A DNA stretch of 64,000 bases from Minisyncoccota bacterium (lineage in GTDB: Bacteria > Patescibacteriota > Minisyncoccia > Phycocordibacterales > SBAW01): the NCBI GenBank assembly GCA_018060985.1, contig JAGOUZ010000001.1, positions 21,057-85,056 on the forward strand, written 5' to 3'. Made by a program: the position numbers and the translations under genes. The notes under the pieces were generated by a model that was not told the DNA's origin, searched no databases, and saw nothing but the letters and a program-made list of their open reading frames with translations. Positions 1 to 10,129 of the stretch are shown piece after piece. Each line of letters begins with the position of its first letter. Position 1 is the first letter of the stretch.

Positions 1-201
1 GGAATTGCTGCACTGATTCTGTGCCTCTTCCGACCGCACAATTACCCTGATGTCTTCAACTCCAGCCTCGCCCTCCTGCTTCTGGAGTCGAGCGATGTCC
101 AAGCTCAGTTCCTCATATTCGGGCTCATGATGTTTGCGGAGGGGTTCGTTGGTGGAGCAGTCTATTTCTACTGCTCTGCCATGCCGGTAGAACGCCAATG
201 A
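1..201 (+). CDS. 3' end of an upstream membrane-protein gene (partial, open from window start)
   Basis: 66 codons with no stop in frame 1, hydrophobic translation (GIAALILCLF...), stop at 199-201 overlapping next ATG (ATGA coupling). Confidence 0.3.
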   Translation, partial: GIAALILCLFRPHNYPDVFNSSLALLLLESSDVQAQFLIFGLMMFAEGFVGGAVYFYCSAMPVERQ

Positions 202-380
202 AGCTCTGCAAACGATGCAAAGGGGCAGGCTCGCTCACCCGCCCCAAGAAAGGCATACCCGTGCGCAATTGGTTCAAAAATTGTACCAACTGCGCGGGCA
301 CAGGAATGCGCCCCGCTCTACGCTACCTGCGGATAGCCGACCGCAAGCCCTACGAATACCTCCAGCCGCCGATGATCTAA
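198..380 (+). CDS. small zinc-ribbon-like protein (CxxC...CxxC), 60 aa
   Basis: ORF track; two CxxC pairs (CKRC, CTNC); start overlaps upstream stop. Confidence 0.35.
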   Translation: MKLCKRCKGAGSLTRPKKGIPVRNWFKNCTNCAGTGMRPALRYLRIADRKPYEYLQPPMI

Positions 381-399
381 CCAATCACCGGCGGTTTTC

Positions 400-1539
400 T
401 TATTTCAAATACTTCTTCCCTTTTAGTTTGTCGGGCAAAAAACTTTCGTTGTCATATGCTTTGTAGCCTTTGCCATATTTTAAGTCCTTCATCAGTTTGG
501 TGGGCGCGTTGCGGATTTTTAAGGGTATTGGCAGGTTGCCGAACTTTTTTACATCATCTACCGCGTCAAAGTAGCCTTCATACGAGCTCCTGTCCTTTTT
601 GCACTGCGCCAAGTACGCCACACCGTGCGCCAGGTTTACCGCCGCCTCCGGGTAGCCGATTTTATTGCATGCATCAAATACCGCGTTTGCTACCACGAGC
701 GCCGTTGGTACTGCCAAGCCAATATCCTCGCTCGCAAAGATGACCATCCTGCGCGCGATAAACAGCGGGTCTTCGCCAGCATCTACCATACGCGCGAGGT
801 AGTACAGTGCCGCGTCGGGCTGGCTTGCACGCATGCTTTTTATAAACGCACTTATGGTGTTGTAGTGCTCCTCGCCTTTTTTGTCGTAGCGCAGGTGCGT
901 GCTCTGGATAGACTCTTTAAGCGTCTCAACCGTAATTTTATTGTAGAAACGCTGCGTGTTCTCGAGCACGGTTATAGCAGCGCGCGCATCGCCATGGGCC
1001 ATTTCTATCAGCCACTCTTTAGCATCTTTAGGCACTTTAAACTTGGTGCGTTTTAAGATTGCGTCCATTTCTGTCTCATTAAACTCATTCAGCACAAAAA
1101 CCCGGCAGCGCGAAAGTAAGGCCGGGATTACTTCAAAGCTTGGGTTCTCAGTCGTAGCACCGATCAAAGTTAATTCACCGCGCTCAACAAACGGCAGCAA
1201 AAAGTCCTGCTGGGCTTTATTAAACCGGTGGATCTCGTCAATAAAAAGCACTTTGGGCTTTAGGCTAAACTGCATCGCGCCCTTCTCCCCCACAATTCTT
1301 TTTATATCGTCTTTGCCGGCATCAACTGCGGAGATTTCGTGAAATTCGGCATCAAGCGCGTTTGCATATATACGCGCCAGTGTTGTCTTACCACTTCCCG
1401 GCGGACCCCACAACAAAAAAGAAAAGAGGTGTCCCTCTTCTATCGCCACGCGCAAAGGCTTTCCTGGCCCTACCAAATGCTCCTGGCCGACATACTCCTC
1501 AAGTGTCTCTGGGCGGATCTTGTTTGCAAGCGGCTCCAT
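400..1539 (-). CDS. rarA: recombination factor RarA/MgsA AAA+ ATPase
   Basis: Walker A GPPGSGKTT, RarA-type N-terminus KIRPETLEEYVGQEHL, 379 aa. Confidence 0.9.
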   Translation of the reverse strand: MEPLANKIRPETLEEYVGQEHLVGPGKPLRVAIEEGHLFSFLLWGPPGSGKTTLARIYANALDAEFHEISAVDAGKDDIKRIVGEKGAMQFSLKPKVLFIDEIHRFNKAQQDFLLPFVERGELTLIGATTENPSFEVIPALLSRCRVFVLNEFNETEMDAILKRTKFKVPKDAKEWLIEMAHGDARAAITVLENTQRFYNKITVETLKESIQSTHLRYDKKGEEHYNTISAFIKSMRASQPDAALYYLARMVDAGEDPLFIARRMVIFASEDIGLAVPTALVVANAVFDACNKIGYPEAAVNLAHGVAYLAQCKKDRSSYEGYFDAVDDVKKFGNLPIPLKIRNAPTKLMKDLKYGKGYKAYDNESFLPDKLKGKKYLK

Positions 1540-1627
1540 GTATCTATTGTACTCTTTCTTAAAACTTGCTTTTTACTGTATTTGTTGTATAAATATAGCA
1601 GACGAATATCAACGCACGGAGGAAGTA

Positions 1628-2116
1628 ATGCTGCACATCCGGAATGACATGCAGGAAGTGGAGAACGCTGCGCAACTACTGGCGCGGCGACTTCTCGTGG
1701 TGGCCTACTTAGCTCAGCAGGAAGGGTTGAGTGTTGAGTTCATTCCCTATAGCCCTGCAAACTTGAGCGAAGGACTCCATTTTACGCGCCTCCTGATTAA
1801 CAAGAAGCTGACCGAGATCCAACTCATTCAGAATGCGCAACGTCGACCAGGTCGAGAACAGGCTCAGGCTAACAACGGCATCTGGCTACACACTCTACTT
1901 GAGGCCAGTGTCGTGTGCATGATGGTATGTCCTCCTGGGTATGCCATGCGGATTCTGCACATACCGGCAGCCCACCTCCTCCGCACCTACTTCGACGATC
2001 AGATCAACGAATCGGAAAACGTTCGGCAGACGTTCGGGATCCCGTTGGTCTATCGGCCAGAGAACCCGCGCTTCGACTTCCTCAAGTACGAGGACGACTG
2101 GAGCGTTTACGCGTAG
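1628..2116 (+). CDS. hypothetical protein (GC-elevated orphan gene, about 162 aa)
   Basis: ORF 1520-2116; likely start ATG 1628 preceded by GGAGG; divergent from rarA; followed by intrinsic terminator; GC visibly higher than neighbours. Confidence 0.5.
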   Translation: MLHIRNDMQEVENAAQLLARRLLVVAYLAQQEGLSVEFIPYSPANLSEGLHFTRLLINKKLTEIQLIQNAQRRPGREQAQANNGIWLHTLLEASVVCMMVCPPGYAMRILHIPAAHLLRTYFDDQINESENVRQTFGIPLVYRPENPRFDFLKYEDDWSVYA

Positions 2117-2128
2117 TTCGACTTCCCT

Positions 2129-2165
2129 GCGGCGCCATTGGCGCCGCTTTTCTTTTTTATTTTTT
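2129..2165 (+). terminator. rho-independent terminator (hairpin gcggcgccattggcgccgc + T-run)
   Basis: perfect GC hairpin followed by ttttcttttttatttttt. Confidence 0.5.
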
Positions 2166-3824
2166 TACTACTTTAGGCAAATCCAAATGCCCGAGCGAAT
2201 CGCTAAACGTAGAACCTACTTTTTTGCCAGGGTTAAATATGTTTAGGGGGTCAAAGATATTTTTTACTTCATGAAAGAGCGCGTACATCGCAGGGCCAAA
2301 CATCTTTTCTACATAGGGCGTCCTTATAAACCCGTCATTGTGCTCCCCGCTTATCGAGCCCTTATACTCCACCACCAGGTCGTACACCTTATGACTTAGC
2401 TCATCTATGGTTTTGGCTGTTGTGGGGTCGTTAGGGTCAACCAGCGGAATGATGTGGAAGTTACCGTCGCCTACATGGCCCGCAATCGTGTAGGTCAGTT
2501 TGTAGGTGCTCATGATGGCTTCGAGCTTAGGTAAGAATTCCGAAAATTTAAGCGGGTTAACCACAAAGTCGTCTATAAACGGCGCCGTTCGTTTGCCGCG
2601 CACCTTCTTGCGCAACAAGTTAAAGCTCTCCCGACGGATTGTCCAATACTTGCGCGCCTTGGCCTCGTTTTTGGCAACACGTACGCCGATTTTCTTATTA
2701 CTTTTTTTGATCACCTGTGCCAACGCCTCTGCTTTTTTTAAAGCTTCGGCCTGACTGTGTTCACGGAATTCGGCCATTAAGACGAGCTTAGGCACGCCTC
2801 CGGTTAACACCATAAACACTTCGGGCAAGAATGAGAAACCTAGCTTAATAATGCCCGCCTTCATCTGCGCGGCAAACTCGGGGAAATATTTTACTGCTAA
2901 TTGGAAGGTATGGTCGTCGTACGACTCAAAGCTGTCGGGACTGTACTTCAACACTTGGGTGATGACGTCGCCCAACCCATCGAGCGAGCTAAGAAACATC
3001 ACCGTCATAGCTGCATAGGGCTTAGGATGTACGAGCTTGAACTTAATCTTGGTGGTAATTCCTAGAGTTCCTTGAGCCCCCACCATCAGCCGCGCCAGGT
3101 TAAGTGAGTTCTTGCCATCTCCAATGTCCCAAATAGCATAGCCGGAAGAATTTTTTTCTACTTGTGGCTTGCTCGCCTCTATAATTTTCTTATGCTCGGG
3201 CGTTCCGACCAATGCGGACATTTTGCGGTAGATTTCGCCCTCAAAACTCTGTTCTGCCAGCTTGCGCTGAAGAGCCTCCCCTTCCAGATTCATAAGAGTG
3301 TGTACCTGCCCGTCGCTTAACACCACTTCAAGCTCCTCTACATAGCGCGCGGTTTTGCCGTATTTAAGGTTTTTCTCACCGCCAGAATTGTTACCCACCA
3401 TCCCGCCTACGGCACACAACTCGCGACTTGCGGTGTAGCTCGGCAATTCTAGATTCTGTTTTTTTGTTTCTTTATCAAAATCTCTAAAGTACATTCCTGG
3501 CTCTACGCGCGCAGACATACCTTCCATACCCAAAAACTTGTTTAGATATTTAGTCGTATCAAGCACAATAGAATCCGTTAGCGGCCCGCCCGACATGCAG
3601 GTGCCTGCAGCGCGCGCCGTTACAGAGATATGGGTTTTAGAAGCCTCCTTCTTTTTTTGTGATACCAACTGCACTACCTTTGCAATATCTTCATTGTTCT
3701 TAGGGTATACCGCTACCTCAGGCTTGAGCACAAAAAGGCTCGCATCGCGCGAGAGCTTCTCAAGCACCTCTGCAGTGTCAGATGTTTCAACCCCGAGGCT
3801 TTTGAGCTCGTCTAACAGTGCCAT
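2157..3824 (-). CDS. FAD-linked oxidase (GlcD/D-lactate dehydrogenase-like)
   Basis: FAD-binding PCMH-type motifs (GGMVGNNSGGEKNLKYGKTARYV), 555 aa. Confidence 0.8.
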   Translation of the reverse strand: MALLDELKSLGVETSDTAEVLEKLSRDASLFVLKPEVAVYPKNNEDIAKVVQLVSQKKKEASKTHISVTARAAGTCMSGGPLTDSIVLDTTKYLNKFLGMEGMSARVEPGMYFRDFDKETKKQNLELPSYTASRELCAVGGMVGNNSGGEKNLKYGKTARYVEELEVVLSDGQVHTLMNLEGEALQRKLAEQSFEGEIYRKMSALVGTPEHKKIIEASKPQVEKNSSGYAIWDIGDGKNSLNLARLMVGAQGTLGITTKIKFKLVHPKPYAAMTVMFLSSLDGLGDVITQVLKYSPDSFESYDDHTFQLAVKYFPEFAAQMKAGIIKLGFSFLPEVFMVLTGGVPKLVLMAEFREHSQAEALKKAEALAQVIKKSNKKIGVRVAKNEAKARKYWTIRRESFNLLRKKVRGKRTAPFIDDFVVNPLKFSEFLPKLEAIMSTYKLTYTIAGHVGDGNFHIIPLVDPNDPTTAKTIDELSHKVYDLVVEYKGSISGEHNDGFIRTPYVEKMFGPAMYALFHEVKNIFDPLNIFNPGKKVGSTFSDSLGHLDLPKVVKK

Positions 3825-4347
3825 TTACCTCAGATTTTATCACGAAGCGCCACGGCTTAAGTGCGTACTCCCCAGCATAGCCAATTCCAATACGCGGTGT
3901 GCGGGCAATCTGCCGAGGCGAAATCTTTACTCCCCTGTCTTCAATCCACAACCCTGCCTTCTCGCCAAGGACTTTATGGTTGAGAGATTTATCTATTGAA
4001 AGTGCTTTAGTTAAGCGCGCAGGACCAACCACATCTCCCGCCCCTCTAATCAAAATAGCCGCCGGGTACCCCTTCTTGCCGCAGACCACATTGAGCATCC
4101 AGTGTATGCCGTAGGTAAAGTACACGTAGATAGTGCCTGCAGTATCAAACATGGGCGTATTACGCGGCGTTTGCCCCCGGTGTGCATGATTAGCTTGGTC
4201 CTTAGGGCCATCATACGCCTCAACTTCTGTAATCATCAGCGCGATTTCTTTGCGCCCAACTTTCCGCACCAAATACTTCCCCAACAGCTCTTTTGCCACA
4301 GTCAGAGCCGGCCTATCAAAAAACTCCGAACCTAAAACTTTGTTCAT
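3787..4347 (-). CDS. mpg: DNA-3-methyladenine glycosylase (Mpg/AAG family)
   Basis: Mpg-family motifs EVEAYDG, DQANHAHRG, YVYFTYGIH. Confidence 0.8.
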   Translation of the reverse strand: MNKVLGSEFFDRPALTVAKELLGKYLVRKVGRKEIALMITEVEAYDGPKDQANHAHRGQTPRNTPMFDTAGTIYVYFTYGIHWMLNVVCGKKGYPAAILIRGAGDVVGPARLTKALSIDKSLNHKVLGEKAGLWIEDRGVKISPRQIARTPRIGIGYAGEYALKPWRFVIKSEVNGTVRRAQKPRG

Positions 4348-4350
4348 TAG

Positions 4351-4422
4351 TGACCCTACGGGGATTCGAACCCCGATTTGCGCCGTGAGAGGGCGCCGTC
4401 CTAACCATTAGACGATAGGGCC
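4351..4422 (-). tRNA. tRNA-Glu (anticodon CTC by manual folding)
   Basis: minus-strand cloverleaf: acceptor GGCCCTA/TAGGGTC, T-arm GGGGTTCGAATCCCC, anticodon stem GCGCC/GGCGC with loop CTCTCAC. Confidence 0.75.
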
Positions 4423-4604
4423 AAACTGCGTTTGGCCATGTAATCTTCGCTCGTTCGGAAAAGAAAACAAGCTTTCTTTTCTCTCACTCACTCGATTATA
4501 GGGCCTTAGTTCAACACAATAAAACAAAAACTGGTAAAAAGAAAGACCTGCCACTGCTTAGTTTTCAAAGCATTTCAGTCGGGATACTATGGGGCTATCA
4601 ATAG

Positions 4605-5612
4605 TTGCATTGTATGTATATAGCTATGCAAAATTTCTGGCACCAGTATCGAATCCACGCCCTGCTCGTTATGGGTGCTTTTGCTCTCGGATTTCTTGCT
4701 GCCATGACCACGTCGGTACAGACGCGCGACACAGATGATCAAGCAATACGCGAGTACGACACCCGCTATCAGTTTATCCATCCCCTACTTATCTGTCAGG
4801 TAGACGAAAATGAGGAGGCAGGAGAGCTTACTTCGCTTGACCAAAAAGTGGGCCGTTTAATCAATGCCTCACAAGATGATGGAAAAATTATTTCTGCCTC
4901 GGTCTATTATCGCGACCTCAACTCAAACCGCTGGATGGGAGTCAATGAGTTAGAGTTATACGAGCCCGCAAGCCTGCTAAAAGTTCCCATCATGATGACC
5001 TATTTAAAACAAGTAGGGACTGATCCAGACATACTCGAAACAGTGTACCCCTATGAACTGCGTGAGGAAGCAAAAGACAAGTTAGTACAAAAGCCCATAC
5101 TGGTTCCGAACAAGTCATATACCGTACTCGACCTTATCCGCGGCATGATTATCCAATCTGACAACAGTGCGAAAGATATTTTGGAAGAGCACGCCGACCA
5201 GAAATCTCTTGACCAGACCTATCACATCCTTGGACTTAAGGACCCATACGAGAGCGAGAGCGGGCTGTACCAGCTTTCTACAAAAAGCTACGCACTCTTC
5301 TTCCGCGTACTTTATAACGGCACCTATCTCGGCCGCCGCATGTCTAACACCGCTCTGCAAATACTTTCTGAATCTGAATTCGTTTTGGGGCTGCGAGCTG
5401 GTACTCCGGAAAATATTGCAGTGGCCCACAAGTATGGTGTGCGCGGACTTACAGAAAGCAATGGAACAGAAGGTGTAGAACTGAGCGACTGCGGCATTGT
5501 GTATCACCCCGATTCACCCTACCTGTTGTGTGTGATGACTCATGGCACCGACCCGTACGTGTTGGCAGGTGTTATTAAAGACGTTGCTGAGACAGTGTAT
5601 AAAGAAATCTAG
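4605..5612 (+). CDS. class A beta-lactamase-like serine hydrolase with N-terminal TM
   Basis: SxxK (SLLK), SDN loop (QSDNSA) about 60 aa later, KxG (KYG) motif. Confidence 0.6.
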   Translation: MHCMYIAMQNFWHQYRIHALLVMGAFALGFLAAMTTSVQTRDTDDQAIREYDTRYQFIHPLLICQVDENEEAGELTSLDQKVGRLINASQDDGKIISASVYYRDLNSNRWMGVNELELYEPASLLKVPIMMTYLKQVGTDPDILETVYPYELREEAKDKLVQKPILVPNKSYTVLDLIRGMIIQSDNSAKDILEEHADQKSLDQTYHILGLKDPYESESGLYQLSTKSYALFFRVLYNGTYLGRRMSNTALQILSESEFVLGLRAGTPENIAVAHKYGVRGLTESNGTEGVELSDCGIVYHPDSPYLLCVMTHGTDPYVLAGVIKDVAETVYKEI

Positions 5613-5634
5613 AGGGCCATTATAAAAAGAAAGA

Positions 5635-5662
5635 GGCCGTCGCGGATGCATCCGCGACGGCC
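5635..5662. terminator. perfect 28-bp palindrome, likely terminator ending the murF-distal end of the minus-strand cluster
   Basis: ggccgtcgcggatgcatccgcgacggcc preceded by A-rich tract (T-run on minus strand). Confidence 0.5.
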
Positions 5663-5950
5663 ATGGTTGAGACCAGAGATTGGCACTTAAGGTGGCTAAG
5701 TAAGGCCTGTGCCCCGGGGGGAATATCAGGACTATCAGCAAGCCTGTTTGCACAGACACGAGACGGTCAACAACAACTCCCACGGTCAGGGCTCCTTAAG
5801 GAACCAAACCGCCTGTGCCCTTTCATGGAACTCAACCGGAACTATTGTATCACTTTTTATTAATCCGTCAATATTACCACTTTGCCTCCTCTCGCCTATA
5901 TCGCTTCGCGCCAAAACGTCTGCTAGTAGGAAGGAAGAAAAGATGTGCGG

Positions 5951-7258
5951 TTATCTTTTCTTCCACTCAGCATCCTGCCGCACCAGTACATCTCCTGCCT
6001 TTTCGGGCTCTGCCATCACTTCCTCAACAACTTTCTCCATTCGCATACTCTGTGAGCCTTTAACCAACACGACGTCATGTTCAAGCATCATAGCCTGGAG
6101 CTCTTTACCTGCACTCTCTGCACTTTCAAATTGCAAAATAGCTGAGTCAGGCATACCCGCATCAAGTGCGCCTTGGGCCATGTCGCGCGCACGTAGGCCG
6201 ACCGTCAACAGTAAACTGCAGGTCTTAGCCGCATGAGCGCCAACTTTTTTATGCTCAGTCGCCGAGTGTTTGCCGAGCTCGAGCATGTCGCTCAATACTG
6301 CCACCTTGCGTCCAAGCGCATGCGTACCCACCATCGTAAGGGCATCTAGGGCTGCGACAACGGCCGCAGGAGAGGAGTTGTAGGTGTCGTCGATAATAAG
6401 GGTGTTTTTAATACCACGTATCAAATGCATGCGGCCAAGCGGTGGTTCGTATCCCTCGAGTCCTTTTACAATCTGCTCAATAGGCAGGTTGAGCGCCTTC
6501 CCTACTGCTGCTCCCGCAAGTGCGGGTAGGAGCGCGTGCGCGCCAATAGCGCCCACCACCTGCACATGCACGGAAATTCCATCCACAAACATTTCTGCGC
6601 CCATACCAATCGGCCAGGACTCATCGCCTTTTGTGTAGACCAGTTTCGACTCATCAATACGCACATTGGCGTGCGGCACCAGGCCATAGGTAATTACCGG
6701 ATGATTTCCAGCGCGTGGTTTAAGCGTCTCGGCCTCAATATCGCCGGCATACAGCACCAAGGTGCCGCCCGGCTTCAACGCTTTTATAAGCGACGCCTTT
6801 TCTTCAATCACTTCTTCTGGCGAGTCAAAATATTCCACATGCACCGGCACCTCAGGCAATCGCGTAATGACTGCCACATCAACCGGGAGCCACTTGGCGA
6901 GGCTCTTAATATCGCCAGGGCGGTCTGCGCCCACTTCCAAGACCAGCCACTCCGGATATTTAGCGGGCGTGATAAGCAAAAAAAGTCCGTCTAAAAAGTT
7001 CTGGAGCCACTTAAGCGGGTTACTCCACGCGTTCGGAACGCCCAAAATAGTAAGTGGCAAGCCGATCTCGCTATTAAAGCTTTTCTGACTTTTACGTACA
7101 TGAGCATTCCCTGCAAGCACGCTAAATATGGCGTCTTTGGCAGAGGTTTTACCCACACTGCCCGTTACGGCAACAATCTTGGGCTTATATTTTTTTAATA
7201 CCGCTCGCGCCTCAAGTAAGAGGATTTTTACAATTAGTTTTTTGAAAAAGTGTCTCAT
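5951..7258 (-). CDS. murF: UDP-MurNAc-tripeptide--D-Ala-D-Ala ligase (Mur ligase family)
   Basis: Mur ligase P-loop VAVTGSVGKTS, 435 aa, position after ftsI in dcw order. Confidence 0.8.
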   Translation of the reverse strand: MRHFFKKLIVKILLLEARAVLKKYKPKIVAVTGSVGKTSAKDAIFSVLAGNAHVRKSQKSFNSEIGLPLTILGVPNAWSNPLKWLQNFLDGLFLLITPAKYPEWLVLEVGADRPGDIKSLAKWLPVDVAVITRLPEVPVHVEYFDSPEEVIEEKASLIKALKPGGTLVLYAGDIEAETLKPRAGNHPVITYGLVPHANVRIDESKLVYTKGDESWPIGMGAEMFVDGISVHVQVVGAIGAHALLPALAGAAVGKALNLPIEQIVKGLEGYEPPLGRMHLIRGIKNTLIIDDTYNSSPAAVVAALDALTMVGTHALGRKVAVLSDMLELGKHSATEHKKVGAHAAKTCSLLLTVGLRARDMAQGALDAGMPDSAILQFESAESAGKELQAMMLEHDVVLVKGSQSMRMEKVVEEVMAEPEKAGDVLVRQDAEWKKR

Positions 7259-7265
7259 CGTCGGT

Positions 7266-8783
7266 TTATCGGTCGGGCGGAATGTCGTAATAGCTTATCA
7301 GAAACTGGGTGAGCGCATTAAACGGCCGGGCGAGCGTTTGCGAAGCATACGGAGCCCCCACCGGTTCAACAGCAAACAAAAAGACAATAAACCGAGCGTC
7401 AAATGATGGGAAGTAGCCAAAGAAACTGTGGAGGAATCTATCGGCATAGTACCCGCCGCCGTTGGGGTTCGCTATTTGTGCTGTACCGGTTTTTGCCGCA
7501 ACGCTGTAGCGATCAAGCTTAATCTTACCCTCAAGAAGCGCCTTGTCCACGACCTCGGTCAACATGCGGCTTATTTGTGTAGAAGTCTGAGGTTGCAGCA
7601 CTTGCTCGTCCATAGGCCACGAAAGTTCGTGCGTGTAGCCAGTATCATAGCGGATCGCTTTAGCAAGGTGGGGCGTCACCAGCTTGCCGCCGTTTGCGAG
7701 CGTTGCAAGAGCGCGCACGGTTTCAATAGGTGTCATTGCAATGCCCTGGCCGAACGATGCGGTCGAGTACTCAACGCGGCGCGGACTCTGAAGGCCGCTC
7801 ATAAGGCCGTGCACTTCGCCAGGCAGATCTATACCCGACTCAACACCCAGTTTATATTTATCCAAAAAGTATTCGCGCATTTTTTCTGGCCCCATTTTTT
7901 GCGCTATAAACGATACGCCAAGGTTGAGCGATTGGCTGAGGATCTGCTGCATATCTACAACACCCCTCGCCCTGCCATCGAAGTTGCGAATCGTTTTTTG
8001 GTCAAGAGTAATCTCCCCCGTGTCGTTGTAGGTTGTCTGCGGCGTAATAACGCCACTATCAAGGCCCGCCGCTACCGTAAGTGGCTTAATGATGGAGCCC
8101 ATTTCATATACGTTTTCTACAAGCGCGTTAGCAAAAATGCTTGTAGTCTTTTCTTTATTAAAGGCGTTGAGGTCAAACGTAGGGTGCATAGCCATACCCA
8201 CCACCTCGCCGGTCTTGGGATCCATTATGATGCCGCCCGAGAGCCGCGGGTTCCACTCTTTATCGTAGTCCTCGAGCGTACGCTCAAGCTCGGCCTGTAC
8301 CGTAGGCTCAAGAGTAGTAATCACATCGCCCGTCGTCGGTTCGCCGCCAAGTACGGCCCGTGCTGCACCAAAGAGTTCAACAAAAAAGTTTGAGTACAGT
8401 TCCTCCTGTTCGCGTGCGAGAGTTTGCTCGTAATACCGCTCAAGACCATACCGGCCTTCAAGTTTGTTTTCGTTATACGCGACAAAACCTATTTCCTGCG
8501 CTGCAAGGGAGCCTCCGGGGTAGTAGCGTTGGCGTACCGAACTGGTAGCACCCGCCTCAAGCGTGGCCGCAAGCACCAAATTGCCCTCCTTGTCGCTCAA
8601 GTAAATAGAGTCACGCAAAAGGAGTGTGTTAACCGGCTTGGTTAACTGCGAGTCGGCGCGAGCCGCATAAAGATGACCCTGAATAATTTGCAGATAATAG
8701 AGCCGCCCGATAATAAACAGGGCGACTAGTACGCAAAGGGCAACCGTGACGCGTACGCGAGTGACAAACCGCTGCTTCTGCAT
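7266..8783 (-). CDS. ftsI: penicillin-binding protein / transpeptidase (FtsI-like)
   Basis: SxxK (SIIK), SxN (SQSLN), KTG (AKTGTAQ); N-terminal TM; dcw position. Confidence 0.85.
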   Translation of the reverse strand: MQKQRFVTRVRVTVALCVLVALFIIGRLYYLQIIQGHLYAARADSQLTKPVNTLLLRDSIYLSDKEGNLVLAATLEAGATSSVRQRYYPGGSLAAQEIGFVAYNENKLEGRYGLERYYEQTLAREQEELYSNFFVELFGAARAVLGGEPTTGDVITTLEPTVQAELERTLEDYDKEWNPRLSGGIIMDPKTGEVVGMAMHPTFDLNAFNKEKTTSIFANALVENVYEMGSIIKPLTVAAGLDSGVITPQTTYNDTGEITLDQKTIRNFDGRARGVVDMQQILSQSLNLGVSFIAQKMGPEKMREYFLDKYKLGVESGIDLPGEVHGLMSGLQSPRRVEYSTASFGQGIAMTPIETVRALATLANGGKLVTPHLAKAIRYDTGYTHELSWPMDEQVLQPQTSTQISRMLTEVVDKALLEGKIKLDRYSVAAKTGTAQIANPNGGGYYADRFLHSFFGYFPSFDARFIVFLFAVEPVGAPYASQTLARPFNALTQFLISYYDIPPDR

Positions 8784-8786
8784 CTC

Positions 8787-9104
8787 TTAAAAACTACCAC
8801 GAGAAAGGCCGCGACTAGCCTCTGTGGCAAAGACTGTGGAGACATCGTTTGGCGCAATAAAACCAAGTTCCCCTGCATGCTCAGGGGTAAGCTGCCTGGT
8901 GAGCGCGAGCGATTGTGCCTGGAGCATACCAATTTTAGACGTGAGTTCACGTACTTCGCGCCCAACGTTGGTGCGCTTAGCCGTATGAGCAACCGCCTCA
9001 AGAAGAAATACGCCGTAGAGCAGGGCCGAAATGGCGATAACCACGGCACAGACTGCACCGACGCGGGTCAAGTAAGGATTGTATTTGATAGCTATTGATT
9101 TCAT
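8787..9104 (-). CDS. FtsL/DivIC-like cell division protein (single TM + coiled coil)
   Basis: position between rsmH and ftsI; TM helix then coiled-coil; start trimmed to internal Met to avoid rsmH overlap. Confidence 0.5.
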   Translation of the reverse strand: MKSIAIKYNPYLTRVGAVCAVVIAISALLYGVFLLEAVAHTAKRTNVGREVRELTSKIGMLQAQSLALTRQLTPEHAGELGFIAPNDVSTVFATEASRGLSRGSF

Positions 9105-9111
9105 AAATTTG

Positions 9112-10089
9112 TTATTGGTCCTTCTGAATTCCGCGGAGCTTCGCACTGCGGCTAGATGGGTTATGAGTAAGTTCTTCTTTTGTGGCGACGATGGGCTTTT
9201 TTGTTAATAGTGTTCCGTTTTCTTTTGCTAAGGCCTGGAATAACCGCTTTACTACTCTGTCTTCCGTACTGTGGAAGGAGATCACGGCTATCCTGCCGCC
9301 GGGGGCTAAGTGTTTCCACGCTCCCCTCACGCCTTTGTCTATAACACTGAGCTCGTCGTTAACGGCAATGCGGAGGGCCTGGAATGAGCGTGTAGCGAAG
9401 TGTAGTTTGCCATGGCGATAATGAGACGGGACTGAATCGCGGATTATCTCAACAAATTCAACGGTTGTTTCTATTGGTTTAACCTCGCGTCGCTCAACAA
9501 TGGCTTTAGCAATGCGGCGAGCGTAGCGTTCCTCCCCGTATCCAAACAAGACGTCCGCGAGAGCCTTTTCTGACCACTGATTAAGCGCCTCTGCAGCCGT
9601 AAAGCCAGAAGCCGGGATGTCGCCATAGCTCATGATGAGCGGTTCATCCTGCTGGAAGGAAAACCCGCGACCTTGTGCGAGCTGCTCCTGCCTCCAACCA
9701 AGGTCAAACAACACGGCATCTACTTCCTGAACGCCAGAGTCGGTAAGCACGTCAGCGATCTTAGAGAAGTTGCTGTTAATGACCTCTACACGCTCTCCAA
9801 AGCGCTTCAGGCGGGTCTGTACTGCTTCTACCGCAGTCGGGTCGGCATCGAGTGCTATAAGACGCACCTGAGCCTCTTTTAGGAGTGCTTCGCTGTGTCC
9901 ACCCTGCCCCGCTGTCGCATCAACTACCACTTCCCCCTTTTTAGGGGCAAGCATGCGCACAACTTCTTGCACGAGCACGCTTTGGTGCTCTCTTTTTTTG
10001 GTATGCCCTGAATTCCACTCGCGTTGAGTAACATCCTCCTCTCGACGGGGATGATGCTTAACACGAATGGAAGTCAAAGCATGCGTCAT
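9112..10089 (-). CDS. rsmH: 16S rRNA (cytosine1402-N4)-methyltransferase
   Basis: RsmH motifs (VLVQEV, DATAGQGGHS, DLGWRQ-like), dcw position after mraZ. Confidence 0.85.
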   Translation of the reverse strand: MTHALTSIRVKHHPRREEDVTQREWNSGHTKKREHQSVLVQEVVRMLAPKKGEVVVDATAGQGGHSEALLKEAQVRLIALDADPTAVEAVQTRLKRFGERVEVINSNFSKIADVLTDSGVQEVDAVLFDLGWRQEQLAQGRGFSFQQDEPLIMSYGDIPASGFTAAEALNQWSEKALADVLFGYGEERYARRIAKAIVERREVKPIETTVEFVEIIRDSVPSHYRHGKLHFATRSFQALRIAVNDELSVIDKGVRGAWKHLAPGGRIAVISFHSTEDRVVKRLFQALAKENGTLLTKKPIVATKEELTHNPSSRSAKLRGIQKDQ

Positions 10090-10129
10090 ACGGTTAAAAA
10101 GTGATTAGTTAGAAAGAACAAACAATCTA

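Noticed and set aside
5709-6236. 175-aa plus-strand ORF overlapping the murF 3' region, plus other intragenic antisense ORFs (625-1056, 2506-2754, 11343-11819, 36471-36806, 59820-60167)
   Set aside because: All lie antisense within confidently assigned genes and lack start signals or motifs.
7428-8393. 321-aa plus-strand ORF inside ftsI
   Set aside because: Antisense to a well-supported PBP gene; Arg/Cys-rich composition with no motifs.
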